IMG/VR virus record: IMGVR_UViG_3300020055_000005
Coordinates: 87,190-151,189 of that record
DNA from: a virus
Length of the DNA stretch: 64,000 nucleotides
Reading direction: 5' to 3' (one strand)
The notes under the pieces were generated by a model that made no database searches, was not told the origin of the DNA, and was given only the letters and a program-made list of their open reading frames with translations. Positions 1 to 8,814 of the stretch are shown here, one piece after another; positions within the stretch are counted from its first letter, which is position 1, and every line of letters begins with the position of its first letter. The translations under genes were made by a program, and so were the position numbers.

Positions 1-279
1 TGCGAATGCATTTGCAATGTCACGTTGGAGTAAACGGTCTTCTCTGACTTCATTGGAAAATTCTATTCGGAGGACTCGTCTGTCGAATGATGCAAAGATG
101 AGGTGATCAGGTTGTGACACTCCACGTTGCACTAGTGTTAACAGATTACAGTCAGAAGGTTTCGGTGACCAGTACTTAGATCGTCTGTGTCGTTCTTCTT
201 CCCATACGTTGGTGATGATACCATCTTTCGCAGTTACGATAGAAGTATCGTGTGATGTATTGATCGCTAATATGTCCAT
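1..279 (-). CDS. Carbamoyltransferase (NodU/CmcH family), N-terminal part, runs off the window edge
   Basis: Manual translation MDILAINTSHDTSIVTAKDGIITNVWEEERHRRSKY matches the HD...EEER N-terminal signature. Confidence 0.8.
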   Translation of the reverse strand, partial: MDILAINTSHDTSIVTAKDGIITNVWEEERHRRSKYWSPKPSDCNLLTLVQRGVSQPDHLIFASFDRRVLRIEFSNEVREDRLLQRDIANAFA

Positions 280-312
280 AATATACCTTGTTGTCTTTTT
301 ATATAGTGTTCA

Positions 313-483
313 CTATTTTTTGTCGAGTGAATAAAACTTTATAAGTTTTTCTGAAGTGGTGATGCCGTCGTCGATGAACATATTGATAATGTCTTTCTTA
401 CCTTGACTCCAACCTGCTACCCAACTTCCTCCTGCACATGCAAGAATGAACACTATGTGTAATAAAATCATACTGTCGCTCAT
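313..483 (-). CDS. Small membrane protein (56 aa, below ORF-track cutoff)
   Basis: MSDSMILLHIVFILACAGGSW...; ATGA overlap with upstream stop. Confidence 0.6.
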   Translation of the reverse strand: MSDSMILLHIVFILACAGGSWVAGWSQGKKDIINMFIDDGITTSEKLIKFYSLDKK

Positions 484-743
484 ATACCTGACTCCCAGTC
501 TATATCGTCGTCGTCTACTCTTCTACGTTTACTTCTTGCAGTGAAGTAATCCTCTAAGTAGGGTTGCATAAATTCGTTGTAAGCATACTTAAAACTTACA
601 ACAGTGATTCCTATCATGGTTGTCCAAAAGATTGCCATGACAAAGAATTGTAAGAACACCAGTGGTGCCCAAAATAAATTAATTAGCCATTCGATCATAA
701 TCATCACCTTTTGCAAAGAACAGTCGTCTCTCGACATGTTCAA
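480..743 (-). CDS. Hypothetical membrane protein (true start probably near 698)
   Basis: Hydrophobic segment, acidic tail, tight gene packing. Confidence 0.6.
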   Translation of the reverse strand: MNMSRDDCSLQKVMIMIEWLINLFWAPLVFLQFFVMAIFWTTMIGITVVSFKYAYNEFMQPYLEDYFTARSKRRRVDDDDIDWESGI

Positions 744-879
744 TCACATCTTTTTCTTTATACCATAGACCTGAAAAGAGTTCGTTGTGATCTTCCCATT
801 CTACGATGTACCTTCGGTACCCAAACGGTCTCTCTGTGTAAATGACACAGTCACCGTAGTTCTGTAATACCATTCTCAT
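679..879 (-). CDS. Hypothetical protein
   Basis: ATG 5 nt after late-promoter-like TCTAAATA. Confidence 0.65.
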   Translation of the reverse strand: MRMVLQNYGDCVIYTERPFGYRRYIVEWEDHNELFSGLWYKEKDVIEHVERRLFFAKGDDYDRMAN

Positions 880-892
880 ATTTATATTTAGA

Positions 893-1213
893 CTAGACTA
901 ATAGTATCTTTTCTGCTAATGTGCGAATCAGAAACAGTAGTCCAACTCCGTTCAACAAGATCAATGCACGATCTTGCCATAATATACTCACCCATAACCA
1001 TAGTGTAATCCCCACTAAGGATAGGTATAAGTCCAACATGCTATACTCAGGTATACCACGTAGGGACATTGCACCCAGTACGAAAAAACTTGCAACCCAT
1101 TTCACGTACCAGTCAAGAGTGTACTTAGGTGTTGCACTCTTAAAGATACGTTTGGATTTTAGTTTTCCAATCTGTTCTTTCTGTTCATCAGTGAACTGTA
1201 ATTTTGACACCAT
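893..1213 (-). CDS. Small multi-pass membrane protein
   Basis: Three hydrophobic helices; GGAG Shine-Dalgarno (SD). Confidence 0.7.
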   Translation of the reverse strand: MVSKLQFTDEQKEQIGKLKSKRIFKSATPKYTLDWYVKWVASFFVLGAMSLRGIPEYSMLDLYLSLVGITLWLWVSILWQDRALILLNGVGLLFLIRTLAEKILLV

Positions 1214-2364
1214 TAAATCTCCGTGTCTAGGTTGTCAGGGTTCAGGTATTTGTTACCTTTGAACTTGACAGGTTTGTTCATAGGATACAACTCATCATAC
1301 GCCCATACCGCTGGAAGTGCAGAGTGTAAATGAATCGTCGGTAATGCACCTCTCTTCTTTGCATTGACCACACGTCCAGTGTTGTTCATAAAACCTTTCT
1401 TCACTCGCATGAATTTTTCAAATGCAGTAGAGAGTTGGTGTTCCCAATCTTTTCTTTTCTCTTTCGCAGTGGAACCACCTACGGTACCACAGTATAGTAA
1501 TATATTCACCGTGTCGACATCTTCCCAACCAATCTTGTTGAAGTCTAACTCCGCCACCATGTTAAAGATTTTCATTTCTGAAGTTGCAGCTGCAAGTATC
1601 CATTTGGTATGTCGACCATCAGGGTCGATACCCATCAGTTCCCATATCTTGGATTTACTCGCACCACTAGGAAAGTGTCTGACTCCATTGTCATCACCGA
1701 TCTTGTCTTTGACCACATAGTCCACCACCTGTGCAATCTGAGCATCCGTAAACACTCCATTGACATCAATCTCTTGCATTTCTGCAGTGACGTAAGTACT
1801 GATCTGATCTTCGTCGTAAGGTTGGCCTAACGTAGAGAAGTGACCTTCGGTCTTGGTGATCATTCCCACCTTGACATCTTCTAGAGTCGCATCCCCACTT
1901 TGTTTCTTGTAGAGGTTGTAGATGAGTCCCAGTGAAACACGAATGTCGTTGAGTTTTGCTTCAGAAGGTTCGTTTTGAATCTCGAACACTTCGAAGATAC
2001 ATTCTTCGACGAAGTCTTCATCCAGTTTACCAACACGTGTGACACCATCTAGTAGATAATAGGTATCGGTCTCCACCACATACAAAACGATAGGGGGAAC
2101 CTCACCAAAGGAAAAACCATTCTTATCGATGTCTTTCCATATTGCGTTTTTCTTTTTATTAACCCCAGTCCGTGCAAGTTGATTAAAAAAATCATCACGA
2201 ACTATCGCATCAAGTTTAATGACACGTGGGTCTATGAGTTTGATTGCATGTTTGGGATAATCTTTGAAGACGTTAGGGTATGCACCTACTCTTCGGATTT
2301 TTTCTTTATATTCTGCAAACAATTCATCTGATATGGTTGCTTGCTTATGAGTATATAATATCAT
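1213..2364 (-). CDS. ParB/Srx-like N-terminal domain protein
   Basis: PPIVL...YYLLDGVTR resembles the ParB-N box (DGxxR); AAGGAG SD before ATG at 2364. Confidence 0.5.
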   Translation of the reverse strand: MILYTHKQATISDELFAEYKEKIRRVGAYPNVFKDYPKHAIKLIDPRVIKLDAIVRDDFFNQLARTGVNKKKNAIWKDIDKNGFSFGEVPPIVLYVVETDTYYLLDGVTRVGKLDEDFVEECIFEVFEIQNEPSEAKLNDIRVSLGLIYNLYKKQSGDATLEDVKVGMITKTEGHFSTLGQPYDEDQISTYVTAEMQEIDVNGVFTDAQIAQVVDYVVKDKIGDDNGVRHFPSGASKSKIWELMGIDPDGRHTKWILAAATSEMKIFNMVAELDFNKIGWEDVDTVNILLYCGTVGGSTAKEKRKDWEHQLSTAFEKFMRVKKGFMNNTGRVVNAKKRGALPTIHLHSALPAVWAYDELYPMNKPVKFKGNKYLNPDNLDTEI

Positions 2365-2400
2365 ATTGTTCTTCTCCTTTAGAGTCACTTCAGACTCTGA

Positions 2401-2433
2401 TGTAACTAAATTTAGTTACAAATTGTAACTAAA
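2401..2433. promoter_or_regulatory. Palindromic operator array (three TGTAACTAAA half-sites in alternating orientation)
   Basis: TGTAACTAAATTTAGTTACA is a perfect 20-bp palindrome overlapping TTTAGTTACAA-A-TTGTAACTAAA. Confidence 0.65.
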
Positions 2434-2475
2434 AATATTATAAAAAAACTGCAGTCAACTTTGGACTACAGTACC

Positions 2476-2504
2476 ATTATAGTATACACCTCTACGTTTG
2501 TAAA
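2476..2504 (-). promoter_or_regulatory. Sigma70-type promoter
   Basis: TTTACA-17-TATAAT. Confidence 0.7.
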
Positions 2505-2511
2505 GGGGGTT

Positions 2512-2670
2512 TTATAAAGTAGACAAATAAATCATCAGGTCATTCCATACATTCGGCACCATAGTATACACTACGAGAATAAGGAATATTAAGCCCACCG
2601 TACAAAGGTTCAGTATAAACCATACTATACTTAGGAGATTTTTTAACCCTGTCCATGCAAAATTAATCAT
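2512..2670 (-). CDS. Small membrane protein (52 aa)
   Basis: Manual translation MINFAWTGLKNLLSIVWFILNLCTVGLIFLILVVY... Confidence 0.5.
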   Translation of the reverse strand: MINFAWTGLKNLLSIVWFILNLCTVGLIFLILVVYTMVPNVWNDLMIYLSTL

Positions 2671-2884
2671 AAGTGTCAACCTTTACGTCTAGGTTATCAA
2701 AGATCACAGGAACATCAATATATTCACAGTGAGTATTGTCTTCCGTACACACTAGAATGTTTGTTCTTGCTTCACACCCACGATTATCACATTCGAATTT
2801 AATGGGGTCACGTTCAAAGTCAACCACAACACACCCATGTAAAAAAGGTAGTGTAACACAAAATACCCCAAAAAAATTTTTCAT
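2663..2884 (-). CDS. Small Cys-rich putative lipoprotein
   Basis: Signal-like N-terminus ending LHGC. Confidence 0.5.
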   Translation of the reverse strand: MKNFFGVFCVTLPFLHGCVVVDFERDPIKFECDNRGCEARTNILVCTEDNTHCEYIDVPVIFDNLDVKVDTYD

Positions 2885-2979
2885 AACACCTGTCCTAAGG
2901 TTATTAAAGTCGTTAACCCACCCAACGTAGAGACAAAGTCCCAGTCGAAGAGTCCGTGTTCAGTTAAAAATTTCATCAT
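2881..2979 (-). CDS. Small hydrophobic peptide (leaderless start)
   Basis: ATG 6 nt after TTGACA-18-TATACT promoter at 2986-3015. Confidence 0.5.
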   Translation of the reverse strand: MMKFLTEHGLFDWDFVSTLGGLTTLITLGQVL

Positions 2980-3581
2980 GGTTATAGTATATGAAAAAGT
3001 GAACAGCATTGTCAATAGGGGTTGGTATATAGAAATAAAAGGAATATGGATATAATTAATACCCAAAAAATAATTTTTCGCAGTGGTCTCATAATCTCCT
3101 CAGAAATATTCACTAGGGGTCTTTAGTCGTTTCTCAAACACTCTAGGAGTCCCATACGACTGTTCTAAGAGCATTTAGGGGGGGTACCCTTGTCTCAGGT
3201 CACCTCAGTCATCATCATCACGCTGGCGCAATTCTACGACATGTCCCTCTTTGTTCAGTGCAGACCCCAACTTAGAGGCCTCCATGAGAGACAGTGGTGT
3301 GTCATTGCGTTGTTCCAGTGGTGATTTCACTGTGCGATCTAACCCTATGACCTTACGATCTATAGAAAATACATCAAACATTCGCATACAACTTATCCTT
3401 CCATTTATCAGTCCTCTGAAACCCTTATTGGCAAAGGGTTTGGGGGTCTCTCTCATCCCCCCATGGTGATTGTCGGCATCACAGCCCCAGCGCCGTCACA
3501 TTATTCATAACGAATACAAGAGCCTTCACTGGTCACTCTTATAACTCTATTATACCATATAAGCATGGTATATACAAGGGG

Positions 3582-3743
3582 AAAACCCACCAGTCAGAAA
3601 GATTGCGACTCTTTTTTAGGACTACCAGTGGTATTAAACCCTCATATTGGTACTCTCGTCTAACAGTGGAGTCACTCCCTAGGTCAATATCATGGGGTCA
3701 GAACCCAATTCGATGACCGCCAGAAGACGATTTCCCATCATTC
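3582..3743 (-). ncRNA. Candidate structured non-coding RNA
   Basis: Consensus promoter TTGACA-18-TATAAT (3750-3779) followed by GC-richer stem-loops and no long ORF. Confidence 0.45.
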
Positions 3744-3789
3744 AAGTACATTATACACAAAAATGCACCCCTTTGTCAAGCCTTATACC

Positions 3790-4017
3790 CTAGTGAAAGG
3801 GTCTAGAAACACCATTCACCACTAGAGAATCAATAAACATGTTGCCTCTAGGGTCTATAAAACCGTTACATACGCATATAGCACAGACCATATCCCATGA
3901 AGTGTTCATAGTGTCAGGGTTTTTATCTAATGCTAACTGCATTTGTTTACTATTAAAAGGTATATCAACAGGGGTATCTGTTGCAATATGTGTACCAGTA
4001 ATACCGTTAATAATCAT
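3790..4017 (-). CDS. Hypothetical early protein
   Basis: AGGAG SD, TTGACA-18-TACTAT promoter upstream. Confidence 0.7.
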   Translation of the reverse strand: MIINGITGTHIATDTPVDIPFNSKQMQLALDKNPDTMNTSWDMVCAICVCNGFIDPRGNMFIDSLVVNGVSRPFH

Positions 4018-4360
4018 AATACTTCTCCTATAGTACCTATAGTAACAAATGTTTAGGGGTATTGTCAAGCCCTCATATACGCAAATCACGCTGACACCCC
4101 ACCTCTGAGACCCTCTGTTTATAGGGGTTTCCGAGACCCTCCGAAAGTGCTTGACTCCTAATTAGAAATCGTGTTTGCCTCTCCGAACAACACCACCAAA
4201 ACCCAAAATAATCCACTTTCTCCCACCATGCTTAAATACGAATATATTTCACACTTTCACACACTTTGTCACACTAATATATTCACTCGCACCATGATCA
4301 CCATAAAAATATATTAAAACCCCCTTACATCAACCACTTAGTGTATGATATAATACACTT

Positions 4361-4546
4361 ATGAAGTATTATGAAAGAATTATCCAATATCTCAGAGATA
4401 ATCCTTATATCGCATGTATGATATTTCTTACATTCGTTCTGATATTGGTTAAATACCTTCTTACAGGTTGTGTTATTGTATGCATAGAACCTTCCATCTA
4501 CATAGACCCTATTGATGTGTCTGAGGATATAGAACGTGTCGCCTAA
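4361..4546 (+). CDS. Small membrane protein
   Basis: TATAAT 6 nt before ATG; hydrophobic helix. Confidence 0.6.
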   Translation: MKYYERIIQYLRDNPYIACMIFLTFVLILVKYLLTGCVIVCIEPSIYIDPIDVSEDIERVA

Positions 4547-4766
4547 AACAAGAAAGATACACCAAGAAACCTTTACTACAGTCTTTACAGGCTTATTGAT
4601 TAATTATCCATTGAATCTAATGGGGTTATGGTTGTGTATTGATTATTGGGGTATGTCTGACCCCTTTTGGATAGGTACGACGATTACTGCGTATATGACT
4701 ATAGTTGCATACACAAGGGTTTTTCTAATACGGCGTCATTTTTATAACAGACATACCTCTCAGTAA
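4536..4766 (+). CDS. Small two-helix membrane protein
   Basis: Two TM segments; coupled to previous ORF. Confidence 0.65.
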   Translation: MSPKTRKIHQETFTTVFTGLLINYPLNLMGLWLCIDYWGMSDPFWIGTTITAYMTIVAYTRVFLIRRHFYNRHTSQ

Positions 4767-5391
4767 ACCTCTCGTTTCTTTGCATAAAATACGGTTTAGT
4801 CATAACATCGACTGCCATTGATATCCGTGGCGTTTGGTATATATTGGTTTTGACTTCGTGTTCGTGTTCCTGTCCGACGATGGTGAGTGTCCCTACTTCG
4901 TTTGGTGTGTACCCTCCTGCGGCGTAGTAGTGTGTACCAGTCCGTGTGTCACCTTGAATGAATATATTACATGCATAGAGGTGGTTTGGAGGTTGATAGG
5001 TATGTGCATGTTTGTTAAGGTTCTCTCCTTGACGGAGTATATTAGTCCAACACTGAAATAGATAACACTTCCAAGTGTTAAATTCAGGTAACTCTGCGAG
5101 GCGTTGTGGTATATTCAAAAACGACACTTTAGGATGATTGAACCAGTTATATACGGTGTGTTGTTTAGTTAACCCTTCGTAAGGTTTCTGGCTATCGTTG
5201 GGTATATTCAGAATGCGTTCTTCTTCCTCTATGATAATACGTGCAAGTGTGTTGCATTCTTCGAGAGTGAGAAAGTTCTTATATTCTTTATAGTAAAAGG
5301 GGTCTAGTGTTAGACCCCCATTATCGTGGAAAATTAATGTCTTGTTATCGTTATTCCACAGTGAGTGTATGTTTTGTTTTACAATACCCAC
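4699..5391 (-). CDS. 2OG-Fe(II) oxygenase-like protein
   Basis: WTN...HAH...HEV...RIS double-stranded beta-helix pattern. Confidence 0.7.
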   Translation of the reverse strand: MGIVKQNIHSLWNNDNKTLIFHDNGGLTLDPFYYKEYKNFLTLEECNTLARIIIEEEERILNIPNDSQKPYEGLTKQHTVYNWFNHPKVSFLNIPQRLAELPEFNTWKCYLFQCWTNILRQGENLNKHAHTYQPPNHLYACNIFIQGDTRTGTHYYAAGGYTPNEVGTLTIVGQEHEHEVKTNIYQTPRISMAVDVMTKPYFMQRNERFTERYVCYKNDAVLEKPLCMQL

Positions 5392-6260
5392 AGGTGGAGA
5401 TACCTATCTGCAAATGGGTCGATGTTGTCTTCCCCTCTGTCTAGGTATAGAATAGACGTTTGTTTGGTGATATCACGATATTCATGATCGAATTCGATAT
5501 ATTTTGCTTCAGGTTCACCACCCATTCCTCTCCATAGGTTTTGGTCTTCTTCATAGAGAGGTCTGATCTTTTCTTCAAAATGGGCGTTGACTGCACGATT
5601 CTTAGTCTCATCATTGACGTAATAACCACCGACAGCACCCAATGGTACTGGTAAGACGTACCCTTCGAATTCGTTCTCATAGAACTCACCCAGTGTTTGG
5701 TATTTCTCTTGATACCCTGCAGGGTCTGTCATGAATTTACGATAGAGGTCACGTGTGTCACCTGCGACAAAACCAAAGTAACAATCTGAATACTTAGGTG
5801 CATTCTCTTCTACGGCCCACCAGTTAGGTGCAAGGTGTAGGAATGCAAGGTTCTCATCTTCGATACGATCACGGTCTTCACGTGAGAATTTAACATTTGT
5901 CTCACTGGTAGTCCCTCTATCAGGAATACCATCGAAACAGAACCCTTGAGTTAAGTCTCTTGCAATACAGTTTGCATCAAAATACATAGTCTTGGTACCT
6001 GTACCAAAGTAGTCATCGTAATTGTGCAATTCAATTGCATGAAAGTTGGGATTGGTAATCTCTTCATTACCTAGATACGGAACCACACGAATACCTTCGT
6101 CGAGTCCAGTCTTATCATCAGTGAGTACGTTCAATCGACAGAATTGAAATCCATCAGAACGTGTCACTCGCATTCTATCTAATGATAGTTTAAAACGATT
6201 GATATCTTCAGAGGTCACTCCATTATCTTTCGTCTTTACACATACTAATTCAATAGCCAT
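5379..6260 (-). CDS. Putative GT-A glycosyltransferase-like protein
   Basis: VCVK...LTDDKTGLD...MYFDAN pattern of phage GT-A enzymes (degenerate DxD). Confidence 0.5.
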   Translation of the reverse strand: MAIELVCVKTKDNGVTSEDINRFKLSLDRMRVTRSDGFQFCRLNVLTDDKTGLDEGIRVVPYLGNEEITNPNFHAIELHNYDDYFGTGTKTMYFDANCIARDLTQGFCFDGIPDRGTTSETNVKFSREDRDRIEDENLAFLHLAPNWWAVEENAPKYSDCYFGFVAGDTRDLYRKFMTDPAGYQEKYQTLGEFYENEFEGYVLPVPLGAVGGYYVNDETKNRAVNAHFEEKIRPLYEEDQNLWRGMGGEPEAKYIEFDHEYRDITKQTSILYLDRGEDNIDPFADRYLHLWVL

Positions 6261-6357
6261 TTATTAATTCTCCATTATGAATATTTGTTATTATCATCGT
6301 TGTAATACTTATATATGACAACCATGACACCTATTAATAATAAACCTTCAACCACAT

Positions 6358-6702
6358 TCACCGTCTCATCCTCGCAAGGTCTTTTGCATATTGTGAACCA
6401 CCATTCTCTTCTGCAAAGACTGGAACAAGATTAGACTTATGCATTGTTGCAATACCCAGTAACTTACGTTCACCTGTATATTGCATGGGTTCCACACGTG
6501 GTGTGAGACACCCTGTTGCATTAGTTTTGAGTGAAGGAATCTCTTCTTTCACCTCTCGCATCACTTGATCATAAATCTTTTGTTGAGTTGCGATTAGTTC
6601 ATTATATTTAGTACGTTTTGACTTCTTAGTAAATGCACGTGTTTTACGTCTTTTACCATGAGGCCCATAACGAATACTATTACTTAGATTTAAATAACCC
6701 AT
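6358..6702 (-). CDS. Conserved T4-like phage hypothetical protein
   Basis: GIATMHKSNLVPVF motif; leaderless promoter at 6709-6737. Confidence 0.7.
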   Translation of the reverse strand: MGYLNLSNSIRYGPHGKRRKTRAFTKKSKRTKYNELIATQQKIYDQVMREVKEEIPSLKTNATGCLTPRVEPMQYTGERKLLGIATMHKSNLVPVFAEENGGSQYAKDLARMRR

Positions 6703-6709
6703 AAGGTTA

Positions 6710-6916
6710 TTATACTAAATCTAGGTCAGTTTGTAAAGGGTTTTTCTTACGCAATTTAACACACCCATCGACCAATTCAACTTGTAGGTCTTGGTGGTTC
6801 TCTAGTCCTAACTCATTTAGAGACAGGTCAGACTCAAACGTAATACCATCATCTGATACCGTGAATGTCCAATTTTGAAATACAACGTCTCTAACGTTTC
6901 CTTTAAATACAGACAC
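6710..6916 (-). CDS. Hypothetical protein
   Basis: ORF fills the gap between coupled genes. Confidence 0.55.
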   Translation of the reverse strand: MSVFKGNVRDVVFQNWTFTVSDDGITFESDLSLNELGLENHQDLQVELVDGCVKLRKKNPLQTDLDLV

Positions 6917-7257
6917 TAGAAGTGTTCCTCCGCTTCAGTCCATGGTAGAATAGGTTTATGATACCCATCCTTTACAAAGATACCATCGATCATGGTTCCA
7001 GTACGATCTTTGATATCATCGTATGCAGTTTGCATACATTCCTGTAGTGTCAGATTATTACGTTCCATAATGTTGGTTAACACTACAATACAATCACCGA
7101 TATCATCCCTGATATCGTTACCTTTGCATACATTATCACTGAGTTCACCAACCTCCTGAATCAGTTTGCATACTTGGTCTTTATCGTTTGCACCTTCGAT
7201 AAGATTTCTGTCGTGGTGCCATTGTCGAATCTTTACATCTAGTTCTCGTACATTCAT
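6916..7257 (-). CDS. MazG-like nucleotide pyrophosphohydrolase
   Basis: KLIQEVGEL...DDIGD...AYDDIKDR. Confidence 0.85.
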   Translation of the reverse strand: MNVRELDVKIRQWHHDRNLIEGANDKDQVCKLIQEVGELSDNVCKGNDIRDDIGDCIVVLTNIMERNNLTLQECMQTAYDDIKDRTGTMIDGIFVKDGYHKPILPWTEAEEHF

Positions 7258-7281
7258 GACTTTCTCCTGTTAGTTAGTCAC

Positions 7282-7371
7282 TGGCGGAGAGGGAGGGATT
7301 CGAACCCTCGATACGTTCTCACGTATGCTGGTTTTCAAGACCAGTGCATTCAACCGCTCTGCCACCTCTCC
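7282..7371 (-). tRNA. tRNA-Ser (TGA)
   Basis: Cloverleaf with long variable arm, anticodon loop CT-TGA-AA, TTCGAAT, encoded CCA. Confidence 0.97.
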
Positions 7372-7375
7372 GAAA

Positions 7376-7840
7376 TTATTGTTCATGTATAATGGTATAT
7401 GCATCCCCACTATCAAAATAGTTTTTGACAAGACCGATCTTCTGCCACCCATTACGTATGGCTGCCTTCCATACACCTATGTTTTCTTCTTGTATATGTG
7501 CGTAATTCAATGGGTACCTGTCATTGACAAATGACACTATGGTGTCAGTTCCCTCATGTCTATGTGGTTTTTCTACGCACAAGTCCATATAGTACCAACC
7601 TATCTCTCCTTGTAAGTCAAGTGGAAAATAGTCTTGTTCAGTGATAGTACGTATCAATCCGACTGCATATCCTACAACCTTTTCATCGTGTATCAACACC
7701 CATGAGTCATGTAGATTGTTAAGTACAAATGCCCACTTGTATTCATCCCACAAGTATTCGTCTGATTGTATGCCATTCTGATGTTGTATTCTTAGACAAT
7801 CATCCTTGTCTTCTATCTTTGCGTTTCTTATACTATACAT
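7376..7840 (-). CDS. GNAT acetyltransferase (RimI-like)
   Basis: VVGY...LCVEKPHRHEG...N...GWQKIG...YF. Confidence 0.75.
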   Translation of the reverse strand: MYSIRNAKIEDKDDCLRIQHQNGIQSDEYLWDEYKWAFVLNNLHDSWVLIHDEKVVGYAVGLIRTITEQDYFPLDLQGEIGWYYMDLCVEKPHRHEGTDTIVSFVNDRYPLNYAHIQEENIGVWKAAIRNGWQKIGLVKNYFDSGDAYTIIHEQ

Positions 7841-7849
7841 ATCACCTCA

Positions 7850-7925
7850 TGGTGGAGCTGGAGGGAATCGAACCCACGACCTCCTGAATGCAAATCAGGC
7901 GCTCTCCCAACTGAGCTACAGCCCC
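7850..7925 (-). tRNA. tRNA-Ala (TGC)
   Basis: GGGGCTG acceptor stem with G3:U70, anticodon TGC, CCA. Confidence 0.97.
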
Positions 7926-8629
7926 AAATCAAAGTCATCTTTCCATAACCATTCCACAAATTTACGTGTCTCTATATCTAGGTCAAACTTAGGTATATTG
8001 AAATCAAGTTGTAATGCTTTACTCGCATCTTCATTAGTCCACCATCTGTCTCGAAAGTCAACTTTAAGATCACCAGTGAGAGACACTATAGTGTCAGTGA
8101 CATCCTCTAACTTGATAATACGAGATATCTGTTCACCCTCATGCATAATCCATTCTGCTTGGGGCAATGTTAAGAGATTGGTATATAATGCATGAAACTC
8201 ATGTGGTTTCAATTGTCCTCTAAACTTAGGGACTCCTTTTATATCCATATCTAAGTTCATCATCACTGGTATGAACCTCATAACAGACACAAATCTATCG
8301 TATGGATTACGTGTAACAGTGAATACGTCTATATCGTGATCTGCAATCCACTCCTTGAGTGTAGGGAACACTTTAAATGCCTGTTCAAGTGTTAGATGTG
8401 CATAGTCATCGATAGGTAAATTCGGATGATCAAGTATGGATTGATAATAAGGATTCTGTTTTATCCTTTCATCTGCATACGTTGGTAAAAAGTGATGTGG
8501 ATTCCGTATTTCTACCTTACCACTATATGCTTCACGAATATATGATCGAATGAAGGTACCTGCAGTCTTTGGTATATGCATGAATAATCCAAAGAACTTA
8601 CGTGACTCGACATCTTGTAATGCATACAT
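7916..8629 (-). CDS. Sulfotransferase family 2-like protein
   Basis: HIPKTAGT and RNPYDRFVS PAPS-binding motifs. Confidence 0.85.
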   Translation of the reverse strand: MYALQDVESRKFFGLFMHIPKTAGTFIRSYIREAYSGKVEIRNPHHFLPTYADERIKQNPYYQSILDHPNLPIDDYAHLTLEQAFKVFPTLKEWIADHDIDVFTVTRNPYDRFVSVMRFIPVMMNLDMDIKGVPKFRGQLKPHEFHALYTNLLTLPQAEWIMHEGEQISRIIKLEDVTDTIVSLTGDLKVDFRDRWWTNEDASKALQLDFNIPKFDLDIETRKFVEWLWKDDFDLGL

Positions 8630-8814
8630 TATTTTACCTTCTTCTTGAACTTCCTTTTCTTATCTCTTTCTATGTGCCAGTCGTGACTACAATATGCATC
8701 GCAAAATACGTGTAGTCCACTATCATCATTCCAATATTTAACTTTCGTCAGATCGATTAATGTCTGACACTGACTGCATTTCTGCGTATTGTTCTGATTC
8801 ATCATCAGCTCCAT
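8629..8814 (-). CDS. Small zinc-finger protein
   Basis: CxxC...CxxxC. Confidence 0.6.
   Translation of the reverse strand: MELMMNQNNTQKCSQCQTLIDLTKVKYWNDDSGLHVFCDAYCSHDWHIERDKKRKFKKKVK

Noticed and set aside
3205-3456. 83-aa minus-strand ORF
   Set aside because: No recognisable motif and it overlaps inverted repeats; coding status left uncalled
7270-7476. 68-aa ORF
   Set aside because: Reads through tRNA-Ser and the GNAT gene; spurious
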